Shown one piece after another: positions 1 through 10,095 of a DNA stretch of 64,000 nucleotides. The notes under the pieces were generated by a model. It was not told the origin of the DNA. It ran no database searches and worked only from the letters and a program-made list of their open reading frames with translations. Made by a program: the position numbers and the translations under genes. Numbering within the stretch: position 1 is the stretch's first letter; each line of letters starts with the position of its first letter. Source of the DNA: a bacterium (GTDB lineage Bacteria; RBG-13-61-14; DATKZS01); NCBI GenBank assembly GCA_963674965.2, contig CAXXFL010000007.1:864001-928000 (forward strand), read 5' to 3'.

Positions 1-373
1 CGGCGAGAAAGATATCGAAATAAGGGTCCTCCTCGGTAAAGAACTTCACCACCAGGTTCTTAACCAGGGGAGGATTGAGATGGTGGTAGATCATCCCCGG
101 ATAACCGGGCCGCTTCACCGTCGCCATGGGCTCGGCGTAGCAGTGACCCATGCAGCCCACGTCGATCACGGGCACGTCCAGACCGAGCTTTGAGAAGTTC
201 TCGATAAAGGCCTCCCTTACGGCGTCGGCCCCGGCCGAGCGGCCGCAGGTGGCCCTTCCCACCAGCACGTAGGAGGATGCCTCGTCGTGAAAGGCGCTCC
301 ATTTCTCGAGGGACTTCTCGAATAGGGCCGAGTAGGCCTTGCTCGCGGCCTCGGCGTTATAAGGAGAACTCAT
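1..373 (-). CDS. NuoF/HydB-like NADH-oxidising flavoprotein subunit, N-terminal [2Fe-2S] thioredoxin-like domain (partial, runs off window)
   Basis: Hand translation from ATG 373 (ATGA overlap with the nuoE-like stop) gives MSSPYNAE...VGRATCGRSAGA...DVGCMGHCYAEPM, open to the window edge. It follows a NuoE-like gene. Confidence 0.75.
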   Translation of the reverse strand, partial: MSSPYNAEAASKAYSALFEKSLEKWSAFHDEASSYVLVGRATCGRSAGADAVREAFIENFSKLGLDVPVIDVGCMGHCYAEPMATVKRPGYPGMIYHHLNPPLVKNLVVKFFTEEDPYFDIFLA

Positions 374-912
374 GAGTCCGGGTCCTTCGCCTCGGCCTCG
401 AGAGCGGCCAGACGCTTGGCCTCCTTCTCTCTCTGAATGCTATGCTGGAGCAGGATGCCGTCAACCTTGGTGGGGGCCATCTGTCCTATTACCTCATCCC
501 CCACGATGCTGACGGGGGCCATGGCGCAGGCGCCCACGCAGGCCACCCGCTCGATGCTGTACTCGCCGTCGGGGGTCCTCTCCCCCTCCTCTATCTCGAG
601 TCTCCTTTTCCACTGGTCAAGGATGAGTTCTCCCTGCTTGATATGGCAGGCCGTTCCCATGCACACCCGGACGTGGCATTTGCCCGGCGGAGAGAACCGA
701 AACTGATTGTAAAAAGTGGCGACCCCGAAGACGTTGGCCGGAGACACGCCGAGGTGCTCGGCTATATCGGCCATGGCCTTCTTGGGCACGTAGCCGAACT
801 CGTTCTGTACTCTTTGTAAAATGGAGATGAGGTTCCGATAACCCTCCCACTCCTCGCCCAGAAGACGGCGAACGCCCTCCAATACTTCTTTTTCTTCCTC
901 AGCCTCGTTCAT
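370..912 (-). CDS. nuoE: NuoE/HydC-like [2Fe-2S] subunit
   Basis: LQRVQNEFGYVP, VATFYNQF, VCMGTACH and CVGACAMAP motifs. Confidence 0.9.
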   Translation of the reverse strand: MNEAEEEKEVLEGVRRLLGEEWEGYRNLISILQRVQNEFGYVPKKAMADIAEHLGVSPANVFGVATFYNQFRFSPPGKCHVRVCMGTACHIKQGELILDQWKRRLEIEEGERTPDGEYSIERVACVGACAMAPVSIVGDEVIGQMAPTKVDGILLQHSIQREKEAKRLAALEAEAKDPDS

Positions 913-957
913 GACACTTCCAATCCGGGCATATCCGCCCGCCGCCGGCCACTCTCG

Positions 958-2940
958 TCAGCCTGCGGCCCATTCCCTTTGTTTTTTGAACTCCTCGATC
1001 CTGGCCGTGACGGTGGGAAAAATCCTCGCGTCGGTGTGGGGAAAGAACATGCCGGCCATGTAATTATCCATGAACGCGGGGTTGTCCCAGAACTCGACGT
1101 TGGTCATCATCCTGGCCGCTCTCTCGGCGTCGAAGAGGATTTCCGAGCTTCTCGTCACCATGGACGCGCCCCGCAGGGAGGAGTTGCCCACGAACTGGAA
1201 CTTGTTCCTGTCCACGTCGGGCAAAAGCCCTATGGTCACGGCGTTCTCGATGTCCAGCGTATTGCCGAAGTTCCCGGCCAGGTACACGTTCTCGATCTCG
1301 TCCATGGTCATGCCCACGTGCTCGAGCAGGGTATGATACCCCGCGTACATGGCGGCCTTGGCCCGAAGCAGGTTGTCCAGGTCGCCCTCCGTCAGGGTCA
1401 AGGCGGCGCCCGCGTCGGTCTTGTCGGCCGGGGCCAGAATGATCTCCGGACCGTTCGGGCCAATCCGCGTCAGGTCCGTCTTGGCCGCGAGGTTGACCTT
1501 GCCGTTGGGCTCGATAAGGCCGGCCTCGATAAGTCCGGAAACGGCGTTGATAAGGCCCGAGCCGCAAACGCCGCGAGCGGGCGCGCGTTTTATGGTGTCG
1601 TATTTCACCTCGAAGGATATGGGGTCGATAAGGAAGCGCTCGATGGCCCCCGCTCCCGCGTGCATGCCGCAGGTGATTCCTCCCCCCTCGAAGGCCGGGC
1701 CGGCCGACGCGCTGGCGGTAAGCAGGAAGTCCTTGTTACCCACCACCATCTCGCCGTTGGTGCCGATGTCTATAAGAAGAGACATGGCCTCGCGCTTATA
1801 CATGCCGGTGGCGATGACTCCGGCGACAATGTCGCCTCCCACGTAGGAGGCCACGGCGGGGAAGTTGTATATCCGGGCCCAGGGGCCGATGTTAATACCC
1901 AGCTCGGAGGCGAGGACGCTCCTTACGCTGAAGGCCACGGGCACGTAGGGCGATTCCCGAAGGTACCTGGCGTTAAGCCCCAAAAGGAGGTGGGTCATGG
2001 TGGTGTTGCCCGCCGCCACCAGGTGGGAAATCTCCCGAGGCTCGACGCCGCAGTCGGAACCCAGTCTCGAGATGACCTTGTTGATGGTCCCCACCACCTT
2101 GGCCTGCATGGTCTCCCGCCCTCCCGGCTTAAGGGAGTAGACTATGCGGCTGATCACGTCGGCCCCGTACTGCACCTGGGAGTTGTACTCGTTCAAGGTG
2201 CATTTGGCCTCGCCGCTGCCCAGGTCCATGACCTGGCCCGAGACCGTCGTGGTCCCTATATCTATGGCCAGGGCGAAGTGCCTGTCCCGGGCGTCCCCCG
2301 GCTCGACCCTTATAATGATGGGCAGATGAGGGTCGTGCTCGTCCTTGTCCAGGAAGGCGTCGCTCGCCCTAGACCAGATGAGGGTCACCGTCGCCTCCCA
2401 GCCGCCTTCCCTGAGGGCGTCGGGAAGATCGCGCAGGGCCGAGAGTTCCATTTGCGGATTTTCTATCCCGTGCTCGAGGCGCAGGGCCCTCATCAGCCGG
2501 GCCGCGTCGGCCACGTTATCCTCGGGCGTGGGGGGAGGGAGCTTGACGAAGACTTTCTTCAGGGGAGGATCGAATTTCCAGCCCGAGTTGAGGGCCTCGA
2601 TCATCTCGTTCGTAAGGTACTGTCCCGCGGGAGTGGGACGTCGCTCGTAGACGACCTCCGAGTCTATCCGGCTCTCGGAGGGAATGTTTATGGTCACGTC
2701 CCCGATGACCTCGGAGAGGCAGGCCTGGCGCCAGCCCTGGTCCAGTTCCTCCTGGCTCTGGGTGGACCCGGCCTCGGCTTTCACCTCGCCCTCGATGACC
2801 TTGACGCGGCACTGTCCGCAAACCCCGGCGCCCCCGCATGAAGCGTCAAGAACGATCCCGTTCTCGGATAGCGCCTCTAATAGATTGGTACCACGTTCGA
2901 CGTCGAAACTTACGTCGTCGGGCAATACGGTAACCTTCAC
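958..2940 (-). CDS. ASKHA-domain reductive activator of corrinoid proteins (RACo/AcsV-like) with N-terminal [2Fe-2S] domain
   Basis: CGGAGVCGQC...RQAC ferredoxin motif; DIGTTT, YGADVISRI, DIGTNGE, AGPAFEG and GVCGSG motifs. Confidence 0.9.
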   Translation of the reverse strand: MKVTVLPDDVSFDVERGTNLLEALSENGIVLDASCGGAGVCGQCRVKVIEGEVKAEAGSTQSQEELDQGWRQACLSEVIGDVTINIPSESRIDSEVVYERRPTPAGQYLTNEMIEALNSGWKFDPPLKKVFVKLPPPTPEDNVADAARLMRALRLEHGIENPQMELSALRDLPDALREGGWEATVTLIWSRASDAFLDKDEHDPHLPIIIRVEPGDARDRHFALAIDIGTTTVSGQVMDLGSGEAKCTLNEYNSQVQYGADVISRIVYSLKPGGRETMQAKVVGTINKVISRLGSDCGVEPREISHLVAAGNTTMTHLLLGLNARYLRESPYVPVAFSVRSVLASELGINIGPWARIYNFPAVASYVGGDIVAGVIATGMYKREAMSLLIDIGTNGEMVVGNKDFLLTASASAGPAFEGGGITCGMHAGAGAIERFLIDPISFEVKYDTIKRAPARGVCGSGLINAVSGLIEAGLIEPNGKVNLAAKTDLTRIGPNGPEIILAPADKTDAGAALTLTEGDLDNLLRAKAAMYAGYHTLLEHVGMTMDEIENVYLAGNFGNTLDIENAVTIGLLPDVDRNKFQFVGNSSLRGASMVTRSSEILFDAERAARMMTNVEFWDNPAFMDNYMAGMFFPHTDARIFPTVTARIEEFKKQREWAAG

Positions 2941-3054
2941 TTCCTACTCCTCGTTTCGAGCGATCTCCAGTACTGATTAGAGATGCTGGAGAAGACGTCA
3001 GGTTACAAAAACTTTCCCCTCGCGCTGAAAGGGTCGGGAATATCAATGCTTTCG

Positions 3055-3087
3055 CGCCAAAGCGGCCCGGGATGGACCGCTTTGGCG
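3055..3087. terminator. 11-bp stem hairpin downstream of folD (terminator or mRNA stabiliser)
   Basis: cgccaaagcgg (3055-3065) pairs with ccgctttggcg (3077-3087); no strong U-tract. Confidence 0.4.
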
Positions 3088-3097
3088 ACCTTTAATA

Positions 3098-3991
3098 TCA
3101 CTCGATGCCGGCGTGCACCTTGGCCGCGGTAATGGTGTTCTTCATAAGCATGGTGATGGTCATGGGCCCAAGTCCGCCGGGCACGGGCGTAATCTTGGAG
3201 GCCACTTCCTTGGCCGAGGCGAACTCGACGTCTCCCACCAGCTTGGTCTTCTTTTCGGCGTTGGGATCGGGGTTGGGAATGCGGTTGACGCCCACGTCCA
3301 GGACCACGGCCCCCGGCTTGAGCATGCTTCCCTTGATTACCTCGGGGACCCCGACGGCGGCGATAAGGATGTCGGCGCGCTTGGTGTGGAACTCCATGTC
3401 CTTGGTCCGGGTATGGCAAATGGTCACGGTGGCGTTGGCGCCCGCGGCCTTCTGGACCAGCATCATGGCCACCGGCTTGCCCACGATGTTCGAGCGGCCC
3501 ACCACCACCACCTCGGCGCCGGAGGTCTCGACCCCGGCCCGCTTCAATACCTCGATGCATCCGTGGGGAGTGCAGGGAAGGTACTTGGCGTCGCCGATCA
3601 TGAGACGGCCCACGTTCACGGGATGGAAGCCGTCAACGTCCTTTTCCGCGTCGATGGCGTAAAGGACCTTCTCTTCATTTATATGCTTCGGAAGAGGAAG
3701 CTGGACCAGGATGCCGTTGACTTTGGGGTCCTTGTTAAGCTCGTCGATCAGCTTTAATAGCTCCTCCTCGGGCCAGTCCATCGGCTTTCTATACTCGAAG
3801 GAAGTTATGCCAAGCTCGCCGCAGGTCTTGACCTTGTTCTTCACGTACACCTGGCTCGCGGGGTCCTCCCCCACCAATACCACCGCCAGGCCGGGAGTGA
3901 CGCCCTTTTCCTTAAGCTCGGCCACTTCCTTTTTCATCTCCTCGCGCATTTGCGCGGCGATCTCGTTACCACTGATAATTTCCGCCGTCAT
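3098..3991 (-). CDS. folD: Methylenetetrahydrofolate dehydrogenase/cyclohydrolase
   Basis: LVGEDPASQVYV, GILVQLPLP, KDVDGFHP, GRSNIVGKP and ITPVPGGLGPMT motifs. Confidence 0.97.
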   Translation of the reverse strand: MTAEIISGNEIAAQMREEMKKEVAELKEKGVTPGLAVVLVGEDPASQVYVKNKVKTCGELGITSFEYRKPMDWPEEELLKLIDELNKDPKVNGILVQLPLPKHINEEKVLYAIDAEKDVDGFHPVNVGRLMIGDAKYLPCTPHGCIEVLKRAGVETSGAEVVVVGRSNIVGKPVAMMLVQKAAGANATVTICHTRTKDMEFHTKRADILIAAVGVPEVIKGSMLKPGAVVLDVGVNRIPNPDPNAEKKTKLVGDVEFASAKEVASKITPVPGGLGPMTITMLMKNTITAAKVHAGIE

Positions 3992-4463
3992 TTCTCTCCT
4001 CCTTATTCCGGGATGAATAACCCGAGACTTTATTTGATATCCCCGGACGAACCCGTCCGAATTTTTACTTCTTGTCCCACGAATATCGCGCCCAAAAAAA
4101 TGCGCCCGGATAGAGAACCCACGGGAATTTTAACGCTTACTGCTTCAATGTGGCGGGCACTTCAAGGTTCGCGAGGTTGGGCCGTGATTTTCCCGATAAA
4201 TCGCGAATTAGTTGCATTCTAGGGGACAAAACAGGCTTTGTCAAGGCCCCGCGGGCGCGAACCGGCGGCCTAAGAAACTTTTAATTTTCCGGCCGATTTG
4301 TGGATATTGCCCCTTTATCTTAGACTGTAAACATATAATCGGCGTCATCAAAAGGGAGGGACGGCCCGCGGGCTTATTTCAAGCGACGCCGGCGAACCGG
4401 CGAGGCCATCCCCTTTAACCGCGCATCCTGCTTCTTATGAAGTAACCGTGAAGGAGGGATGCC

Positions 4464-5939
4464 ATGAAGTTTCTTTCCGGTCGCTTGGGTCTTCGCGCCC
4501 GCATCTATGGGATCATTTTCTCTTTGGTCATGATATCCCTCACCGGCGGGGCCACCATGATCTGGTACACCTTCCAGATGGACGAGCTTATGCAAAACGT
4601 CATCGAGACGGACGTCCTGGCCCAGGAAATGGCCGGAGAGCTGGAAATAGCCCTGGTAAAACAAAAGGGCTTCGTGTCTTATTATTTCATCACCGGCGAC
4701 CAGAGATGGCTCGCCCTTCTGGATGAGCGCCGGGGCGAGTTCTCGAAGCTCCTTTCCGAGTCCCTGGCCAAGGCCGAGTCGGACGAGGAAAGGGAGACCC
4801 TTAACCAAATCGAGAGTGAATATGAAAATTACGTCGCCTCCAAGGACGAGGTCATCGAGCTGTATAAAGAGGGCAAAAGAGAAATCGGGGCCATGCAGCA
4901 CGAAAGGGTAAGGGAGCATTTCTTCAGGGTCCTGGACCTCACCGATAAATTTCGAGACTTGCACAAGAAAAAAATCCGGACCAGCCTGGAGGAGGCCCAT
5001 TCCCGCGCCGTGGGATACCGGGGCCTGGCCATGGGGTTGATGGGCTTTTCCCTGGTCCTGGCGGGCGTTCTCGCCTTTGTCCTTATCGTACAGATACTCG
5101 AGCCCATCAGGCGTCTTGCCCTCGACGGCGGCTCGCCACCCGTAAAAAAAGACACGGGAGACGATATAAGGGCCATAAGCAGCCGCGTGCATGACCTTAT
5201 CGAGGACGTCGATCTAAAGCGGGTCGAACTCGAGAAAAGCCGGGAAAAACTTATGGAAAGCGAGAAGATGGTGGTGGTGGGCAAGCTGGCGGCGGACGTG
5301 GCCCACAGCATCAGGAACCCCATGACCTCGATCAAAATGCGGCTTTTTTCGCTCGAGCGGGGCCTCGAGCTTACCCGGAACCAGCGGGAGGACTTCGAGG
5401 TGGTGTCCGAGGAAATGAGAAGACTCGACAATATTGTCCGCAACTTCCTCGAGTTCTCCCGCCCCCCCAAGCTGGAGACCCGGGTCATCAACGCGGCCGA
5501 CTCGGTCAACGAGACCCTCGAGCTTCTCCAGCACCAGATCGAGAGCCGGCGGGTCAAGGTTTTAAAACCCCAGCGCGCCGGCCTTCCCTCCATCCAGGCG
5601 GACCCCGAGCTGCTCAAGGAGGTGCTGGTCAACCTGGTGGTCAACGCCCTGGCGGCCATGGAGGAAGGCGGGACCTTGACCGTGTCCACCGAGGAGGGCG
5701 TGGCGGAATCGGTGGGACAAGCGGTCATCATCAAGATTTCCGACACCGGCCCCGGCATACCGGAGCGGCTTCTGGACAAGATACTCGAGCCCTTCTTCAG
5801 CACCAAGGAGGACGGGACGGGTCTTGGTCTCAGCATCGCGAGCAGGATTATCGGGGAACACGGGGGTTCCATGGATATAAGGTCCCAGGAGGGTCAGGGG
5901 ACCACCATTATCGTATCCCTTCCGATAATGGACGCCTGA
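4464..5939 (+). CDS. Membrane sensor histidine kinase (helical extracytoplasmic sensor)
   Basis: Two TM segments, H-box VAHSIRNP, N-box NLVVNA, DTGPGI, FSTK and GTGLGL. Confidence 0.92.
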   Translation: MKFLSGRLGLRARIYGIIFSLVMISLTGGATMIWYTFQMDELMQNVIETDVLAQEMAGELEIALVKQKGFVSYYFITGDQRWLALLDERRGEFSKLLSESLAKAESDEERETLNQIESEYENYVASKDEVIELYKEGKREIGAMQHERVREHFFRVLDLTDKFRDLHKKKIRTSLEEAHSRAVGYRGLAMGLMGFSLVLAGVLAFVLIVQILEPIRRLALDGGSPPVKKDTGDDIRAISSRVHDLIEDVDLKRVELEKSREKLMESEKMVVVGKLAADVAHSIRNPMTSIKMRLFSLERGLELTRNQREDFEVVSEEMRRLDNIVRNFLEFSRPPKLETRVINAADSVNETLELLQHQIESRRVKVLKPQRAGLPSIQADPELLKEVLVNLVVNALAAMEEGGTLTVSTEEGVAESVGQAVIIKISDTGPGIPERLLDKILEPFFSTKEDGTGLGLSIASRIIGEHGGSMDIRSQEGQGTTIIVSLPIMDA

Positions 5940-5982
5940 CCATTCCGGGCGTAAAATAAGGGCCGCGATCGGGAGGCGAGAA

Positions 5983-7413
5983 TTGAGTTCCATATTGATA
6001 GTTGACGACGACGACCAGCTTCGACAAAGCTTCGCCCGGCTTCTGGCCGACGAGGGATACGACGTTAGGACGGCCACCACCGGCGAGCGGGGCATCGATG
6101 AGGTCAAGGCGAAATCGCCCGACCTGGTGATCATGGACGTGAGGATGCCCGGCATCAGCGGCATAAGCGCGCTCGATGAAATCCGGCTTCTCGACTCGAG
6201 GCTTCCCGTGATCATCATGACCGCCTTCGGCACCACCGAGACGGCCATCGAGGCGACGAAAAAAGGGGCCTTCGACTACATCCTGAAGCCCTTCGAGATA
6301 CCCGACGTGCTCGCCCTTATCGAGCGCGCCATCGAGGCCGGCCGCTTCATGCGCAACCGGGTCGAGATGGACGTGGCCCCCGAGAACGGCTCGACCGAGG
6401 CCATCATCGGCAAAAGCGAGGCCATGCAGGAGATTTACAAGTCCATCGGACGGGCCGCTCCCACCGACGCCACGGTCCTTATCAGGGGCGAGAGCGGGAC
6501 GGGCAAGGAACTCGTGGCCCGGGCCCTTTATCAGCACAGCCTTCGAAGCGAGAAGCCGTTCCTGGTCATAAACTGCGTGGCCATCCCCGAGACCCTGCTC
6601 GAGAGCGAGCTGTTCGGCTATGAAAGAGGGGCCTTTACCGGGGCCTCGAACAGGAAGATCGGGAAAATCGAGCAGGCCAGCGGCGGCACCGTGTTCCTGG
6701 ACGAGATCGGGGACATGCCCATCGCCATCCAATCGAAAATCCTTCGCCTGCTTCAGGAGAGAAGCATCGAGAGGCTGGGAGGCCGAGACCCTATTCCCGT
6801 CGACGTCAGAATCCTGGCCGCCACCAACAGAAACCTCGAGTCGGCCCTCGAGGAGGGCAGGTTCAGGGAGGACCTCTATTACAGGCTCAACGTGGTGACC
6901 ATCGAGTTGCCGCCCTTGCGGGAAAGGAAACCCGACGTTCCCCTCCTTGGCGAATATTTCCTGGCCCGGTTCGCGGGCGAAATGGGAATAGCCAACCCCG
7001 GCCTGGCGGAGGAGGGCAAAAAGGCGCTCCAACGTCATGACTGGCCGGGCAACGTAAGGGAGTTGGCCAACGCCATCCAGAAGGCGATCATCTTCAACAG
7101 GGGAGGGCCACTGCAAGCCTCGGAAATATTCAACGCCATCAAAACCGACGGCCGAGACGCGGGCGGCGGGAGCGAGGACGCCGAGCCGACCATTAAAAGA
7201 TGGATACGGGACGAGCTTATGTCCGGGGACAGGGAAAACCTCTTCGCCCTGCTGGTGGACAAGGTCTCGAGCGTTATCATCAGCGAGGCCCTCACGCTGA
7301 CCGACGGCAACAGGTCTCGAGCGGCCAAGCTTCTCGGTCTGTCCAGGCCCACTCTCCAGTCGAAAATAGAAAAGTATCGGCTTCGAGTCGGAGCCAACGT
7401 AAAAAGCGAATAG
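5983..7413 (+). CDS. Sigma-54-dependent response regulator (NtrC family: REC, AAA+, Fis HTH)
   Basis: VDDD receiver start, GESGTGKE, ESELFG, GAFTGA, WPGNVREL and C-terminal HTH. Confidence 0.95.
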   Translation: MSSILIVDDDDQLRQSFARLLADEGYDVRTATTGERGIDEVKAKSPDLVIMDVRMPGISGISALDEIRLLDSRLPVIIMTAFGTTETAIEATKKGAFDYILKPFEIPDVLALIERAIEAGRFMRNRVEMDVAPENGSTEAIIGKSEAMQEIYKSIGRAAPTDATVLIRGESGTGKELVARALYQHSLRSEKPFLVINCVAIPETLLESELFGYERGAFTGASNRKIGKIEQASGGTVFLDEIGDMPIAIQSKILRLLQERSIERLGGRDPIPVDVRILAATNRNLESALEEGRFREDLYYRLNVVTIELPPLRERKPDVPLLGEYFLARFAGEMGIANPGLAEEGKKALQRHDWPGNVRELANAIQKAIIFNRGGPLQASEIFNAIKTDGRDAGGGSEDAEPTIKRWIRDELMSGDRENLFALLVDKVSSVIISEALTLTDGNRSRAAKLLGLSRPTLQSKIEKYRLRVGANVKSE

Positions 7414-7516
7414 GCCCCTCAGGCACCCCGGCGCGTCGGCGCCGCGCCCGCCTTCAAAAACGCGAGAGAAATCAACGCGTCCAGGGGGCCGCGCGGCCGG
7501 GGCCCGGCGATTTGGA

Positions 7517-7533
7517 CTTTACAGCCTGTAAAG
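7517..7533. promoter_or_regulatory. Candidate enhancer (UAS) palindrome for a sigma-54 activator
   Basis: Perfect ctttacag-c-ctgtaaag, overlapping a tgt-N11-aca site, about 100 bp upstream of a sigma-54 promoter. Confidence 0.5.
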
Positions 7534-7626
7534 AAAATCGACACGCCGCGGCTCTTCCAGTCCCCTTTCTGAAAACATCTTTTCTTTAATTTCAGCAAGT
7601 TAACCATCCACGCCTTTTTTATCTCC

Positions 7627-7643
7627 TTGGCACGGCCCTTGCC
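7627..7643 (+). promoter_or_regulatory. Sigma-54 (-24/-12) promoter
   Basis: TTGGCACGGCCCTTGCC matches TGGCAC-N5-TTGC exactly; followed by AAGGAGG RBS and ATG at 7680. Confidence 0.85.
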
Positions 7644-7679
7644 ATTAATCTAGCCGGCTGGTTAAGGAGGCATATCTTC

Positions 7680-8060
7680 ATGAATCGCGGAATTAAAATA
7701 CTTCTGGCCGACAGGAACGGTAACGTGAGGACGTTTTTAAAAAGGTTTTTCCAGGATGAAGGCTACGAGGTGGAGGACGCCGGAAGCGCCGACGAGTTGC
7801 TTCGTCTCATCGAGGACGACGAGGTCTTCTATTTCTTGCTGATGGATATCGACCTTCCCACCATGGATGGAATCAACCTTCTCGGCAACCTGAAAAACCG
7901 GATTCCCCAAATCCCCGTCGTCATCCACTCGAGTCATACCGAGCTCAAGGGCCATCCGGACCTCGCCTACGCCAAGGACTTTATCGAAAAGGGAGAAGAC
8001 CTAGCGCTTCTCAAGGAAAGGGTAATGGAACTGGTCGAGCGGGAACTGCTCGGCCGGTAA
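7680..8060 (+). CDS. Stand-alone response regulator receiver protein (degenerate acidic pocket ADRN)
   Basis: ILLADRN..., LLMDIDLPTMDG, IPVVIHS, FIEKG; strong RBS. Confidence 0.85.
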   Translation: MNRGIKILLADRNGNVRTFLKRFFQDEGYEVEDAGSADELLRLIEDDEVFYFLLMDIDLPTMDGINLLGNLKNRIPQIPVVIHSSHTELKGHPDLAYAKDFIEKGEDLALLKERVMELVERELLGR

Positions 8061-8089
8061 GTCAAATCGTTACGAAAAGGAGGGAGAAA

Positions 8090-8344
8090 ATGAACCCGAC
8101 GCGTCCTCTCGATGAAACGGCCCGCCTTTGGAAATCCATGTGGGAGGCTTCCATACAAAACGCCCGGCTTATCCAGGACGGGAGCTTCAACGCCCTGAAC
8201 CTGATCCTGGAAAGCAACAACGCCCTCATGGAGCGGGCCGTCCAATTCGTCGGCGAATGGAACAAGCAGACCCGGGAGGTGCACGCGGCGCTGTGGAGAA
8301 ACTTCCAGGACAAATTAAAAGAAGAAGGCCGGGTCGAGAAGTAA
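8090..8344 (+). CDS. Small helical protein, phasin-like
   Basis: RBS aggaggga; amphipathic helix pattern; aligns by eye with the PHA-locus ORF at 25368-25631. Confidence 0.55.
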   Translation: MNPTRPLDETARLWKSMWEASIQNARLIQDGSFNALNLILESNNALMERAVQFVGEWNKQTREVHAALWRNFQDKLKEEGRVEK

Positions 8345-8381
8345 GCGGCCCATAAAAAGGAAGCGAGGAAAATACCGTCCC

Positions 8382-10079
8382 ATGCAAGCGGAAAAAACAA
8401 AGTCCCCGGCCAAGGGCGCCGGGCTCGAGCAATCCCGGGAATACTTTACCAAGCTCAAGCTCCTGTTGAAGGTGGGGCTGCTTGTGGCCTTTCTTACACC
8501 TTTGTCGATCCTGTCGGTTTATTTCCATTTCCAGTTCAACGTGAGCCTCAAGGAAAGCGGCAAGCTCCACCTGGCGGCCCTGGCCCAAAGCCAGAGGAAC
8601 ACGGTGGACCTGTTTCTTCAGGAGCGGGTGCTTAATATCTTCAGCGTTTTCCAGAGCTCGGAGTTCAACCTCGCGCCCTCCGAGCTGGACATGCAGCATT
8701 ACCTCCAGAACTTAAGGCAGGCGAGCGACGCCTTCATCGACGTGGGCTTCTTCGACCAGGAGGGAGTGCAAATAGGCTACGCCGGCCCCTACCCTTACCT
8801 GCACGGCCGGGATTACAGCGACGAGGACTGGTTCAGGTCCCTCATCGACCTCGAGCGGAACTATTACATCAGCGACATCTACCTGGGCTTTCGCAACAAG
8901 CCCCACTTCACCATCGCCGTCAAGCAGCTCATCGACGGGAAATACTACGTGGTGAGGGCCACCTTGGACCCGGACAAGTTCTATCTTTTCCTGCGCGGCA
9001 TCTCGAGGGGCAAGGGGGTCGACTCGGCCCTCGTCAACAGCGAGGGCAAATACCAGGTGGTGGACCCCGACCGGGGCCAGCTGTTCGGGCCCAGCGACTA
9101 CGCGCCCACCGAGGCCAAGGAATCGGGCGTCAAGGAAATAGAGATTAACGGAAGTTCCGTCCTCGTTTCCTATTACCGCCTCAGCGAGGTCCCCTGGACC
9201 CTGGTGGTAAGGGAACCCCTGCGCGTGGCCTACGCCGAGATGTACAGGACCAGAAGGATCATTATCATCGTCACGGGAGTCATCATCCTGGCCACGATCG
9301 CCGCCATCTGGCTCATAGTGGACAACCTCATCAACCGGGCCGAGGCCACGGAGGAATCCCGGGCCGAGCTGAAATACCAGCTCATCCACGCCTCGAAGCT
9401 CGCGTCGGTGGGCGAGCTGGCGGCGGGGGTGGCCCACGAGATCAACAACCCGCTCGCCATTATCGTTTCCGAGTCGGGGGTGATCCGGGACATGCTCGAC
9501 CCGGAGTTCGGCCTGGACAGCTCGCCGGAGTCCATCAGGGCCGAGCTGGACGAGATCGACACGGCCGTCTTCCGGGCCCGGGGCATTACCCAGAAGCTTC
9601 TTAACTTCGCCCGCAAGCACGAGCCCCGCCTGGTGCCCTGCGATATCAACAAAATTCTGGACAACGTGGTGGGTGGCCTGAAGGAAAGGGAGTTCCTGGT
9701 CTCGGACATCGAGCTCGAGAAGAACTACGCTCGGGACCTTCCTCTTGTCTCGCTCGATCCCGACCAGATAGCGCAGGTCTTCTTGAACCTTATAAACAAC
9801 GCGCAGGACGCCATCGTGGGGGAGGGAAAAATCACGCTTTCGACCTCCCTCGACGACGGCCGCGTGTACGTTACCGTGGCGGACACGGGAGCCGGCATGA
9901 CTCCCGAGCAGATGGGAAAAATATTCCTTCCCTTCTTCACCACGAAGGAGGTCGGAAAGGGAACGGGTCTGGGCTTAAGCGTGAGCCTCAGCATAGTCGA
10001 GTCAATGGGGGGAACGATCGAGGTCCAGAGCCTGCCCGGCTCGGGCAGTTCCTTCACGGTCGTCCTCCCCGCGGGTTAG
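8382..10079 (+). CDS. Cache-domain sensor histidine kinase
   Basis: Two TMs flanking a Cache-like region (YISDIYLGFRNKPHF); [20 protein letters not shown] and GTGLGL. Confidence 0.93.
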   Translation: MQAEKTKSPAKGAGLEQSREYFTKLKLLLKVGLLVAFLTPLSILSVYFHFQFNVSLKESGKLHLAALAQSQRNTVDLFLQERVLNIFSVFQSSEFNLAPSELDMQHYLQNLRQASDAFIDVGFFDQEGVQIGYAGPYPYLHGRDYSDEDWFRSLIDLERNYYISDIYLGFRNKPHFTIAVKQLIDGKYYVVRATLDPDKFYLFLRGISRGKGVDSALVNSEGKYQVVDPDRGQLFGPSDYAPTEAKESGVKEIEINGSSVLVSYYRLSEVPWTLVVREPLRVAYAEMYRTRRIIIIVTGVIILATIAAIWLIVDNLINRAEATEESRAELKYQLIHASKLASVGELAAGVAHEINNPLAIIVSESGVIRDMLDPEFGLDSSPESIRAELDEIDTAVFRARGITQKLLNFARKHEPRLVPCDINKILDNVVGGLKEREFLVSDIELEKNYARDLPLVSLDPDQIAQVFLNLINNAQDAIVGEGKITLSTSLDDGRVYVTVADTGAGMTPEQMGKIFLPFFTTKEVGKGTGLGLSVSLSIVESMGGTIEVQSLPGSGSSFTVVLPAG

Positions 10080-10095
10080 TCAGGAGAAGTATGAA

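Noticed and set aside
979-2841. Long antisense ORFs (also 15014-16807, 61858-63630 and others)
   Set aside because: They are shadows of well-supported genes on the opposite strand, expected with GC-rich codon usage, and show no motifs.
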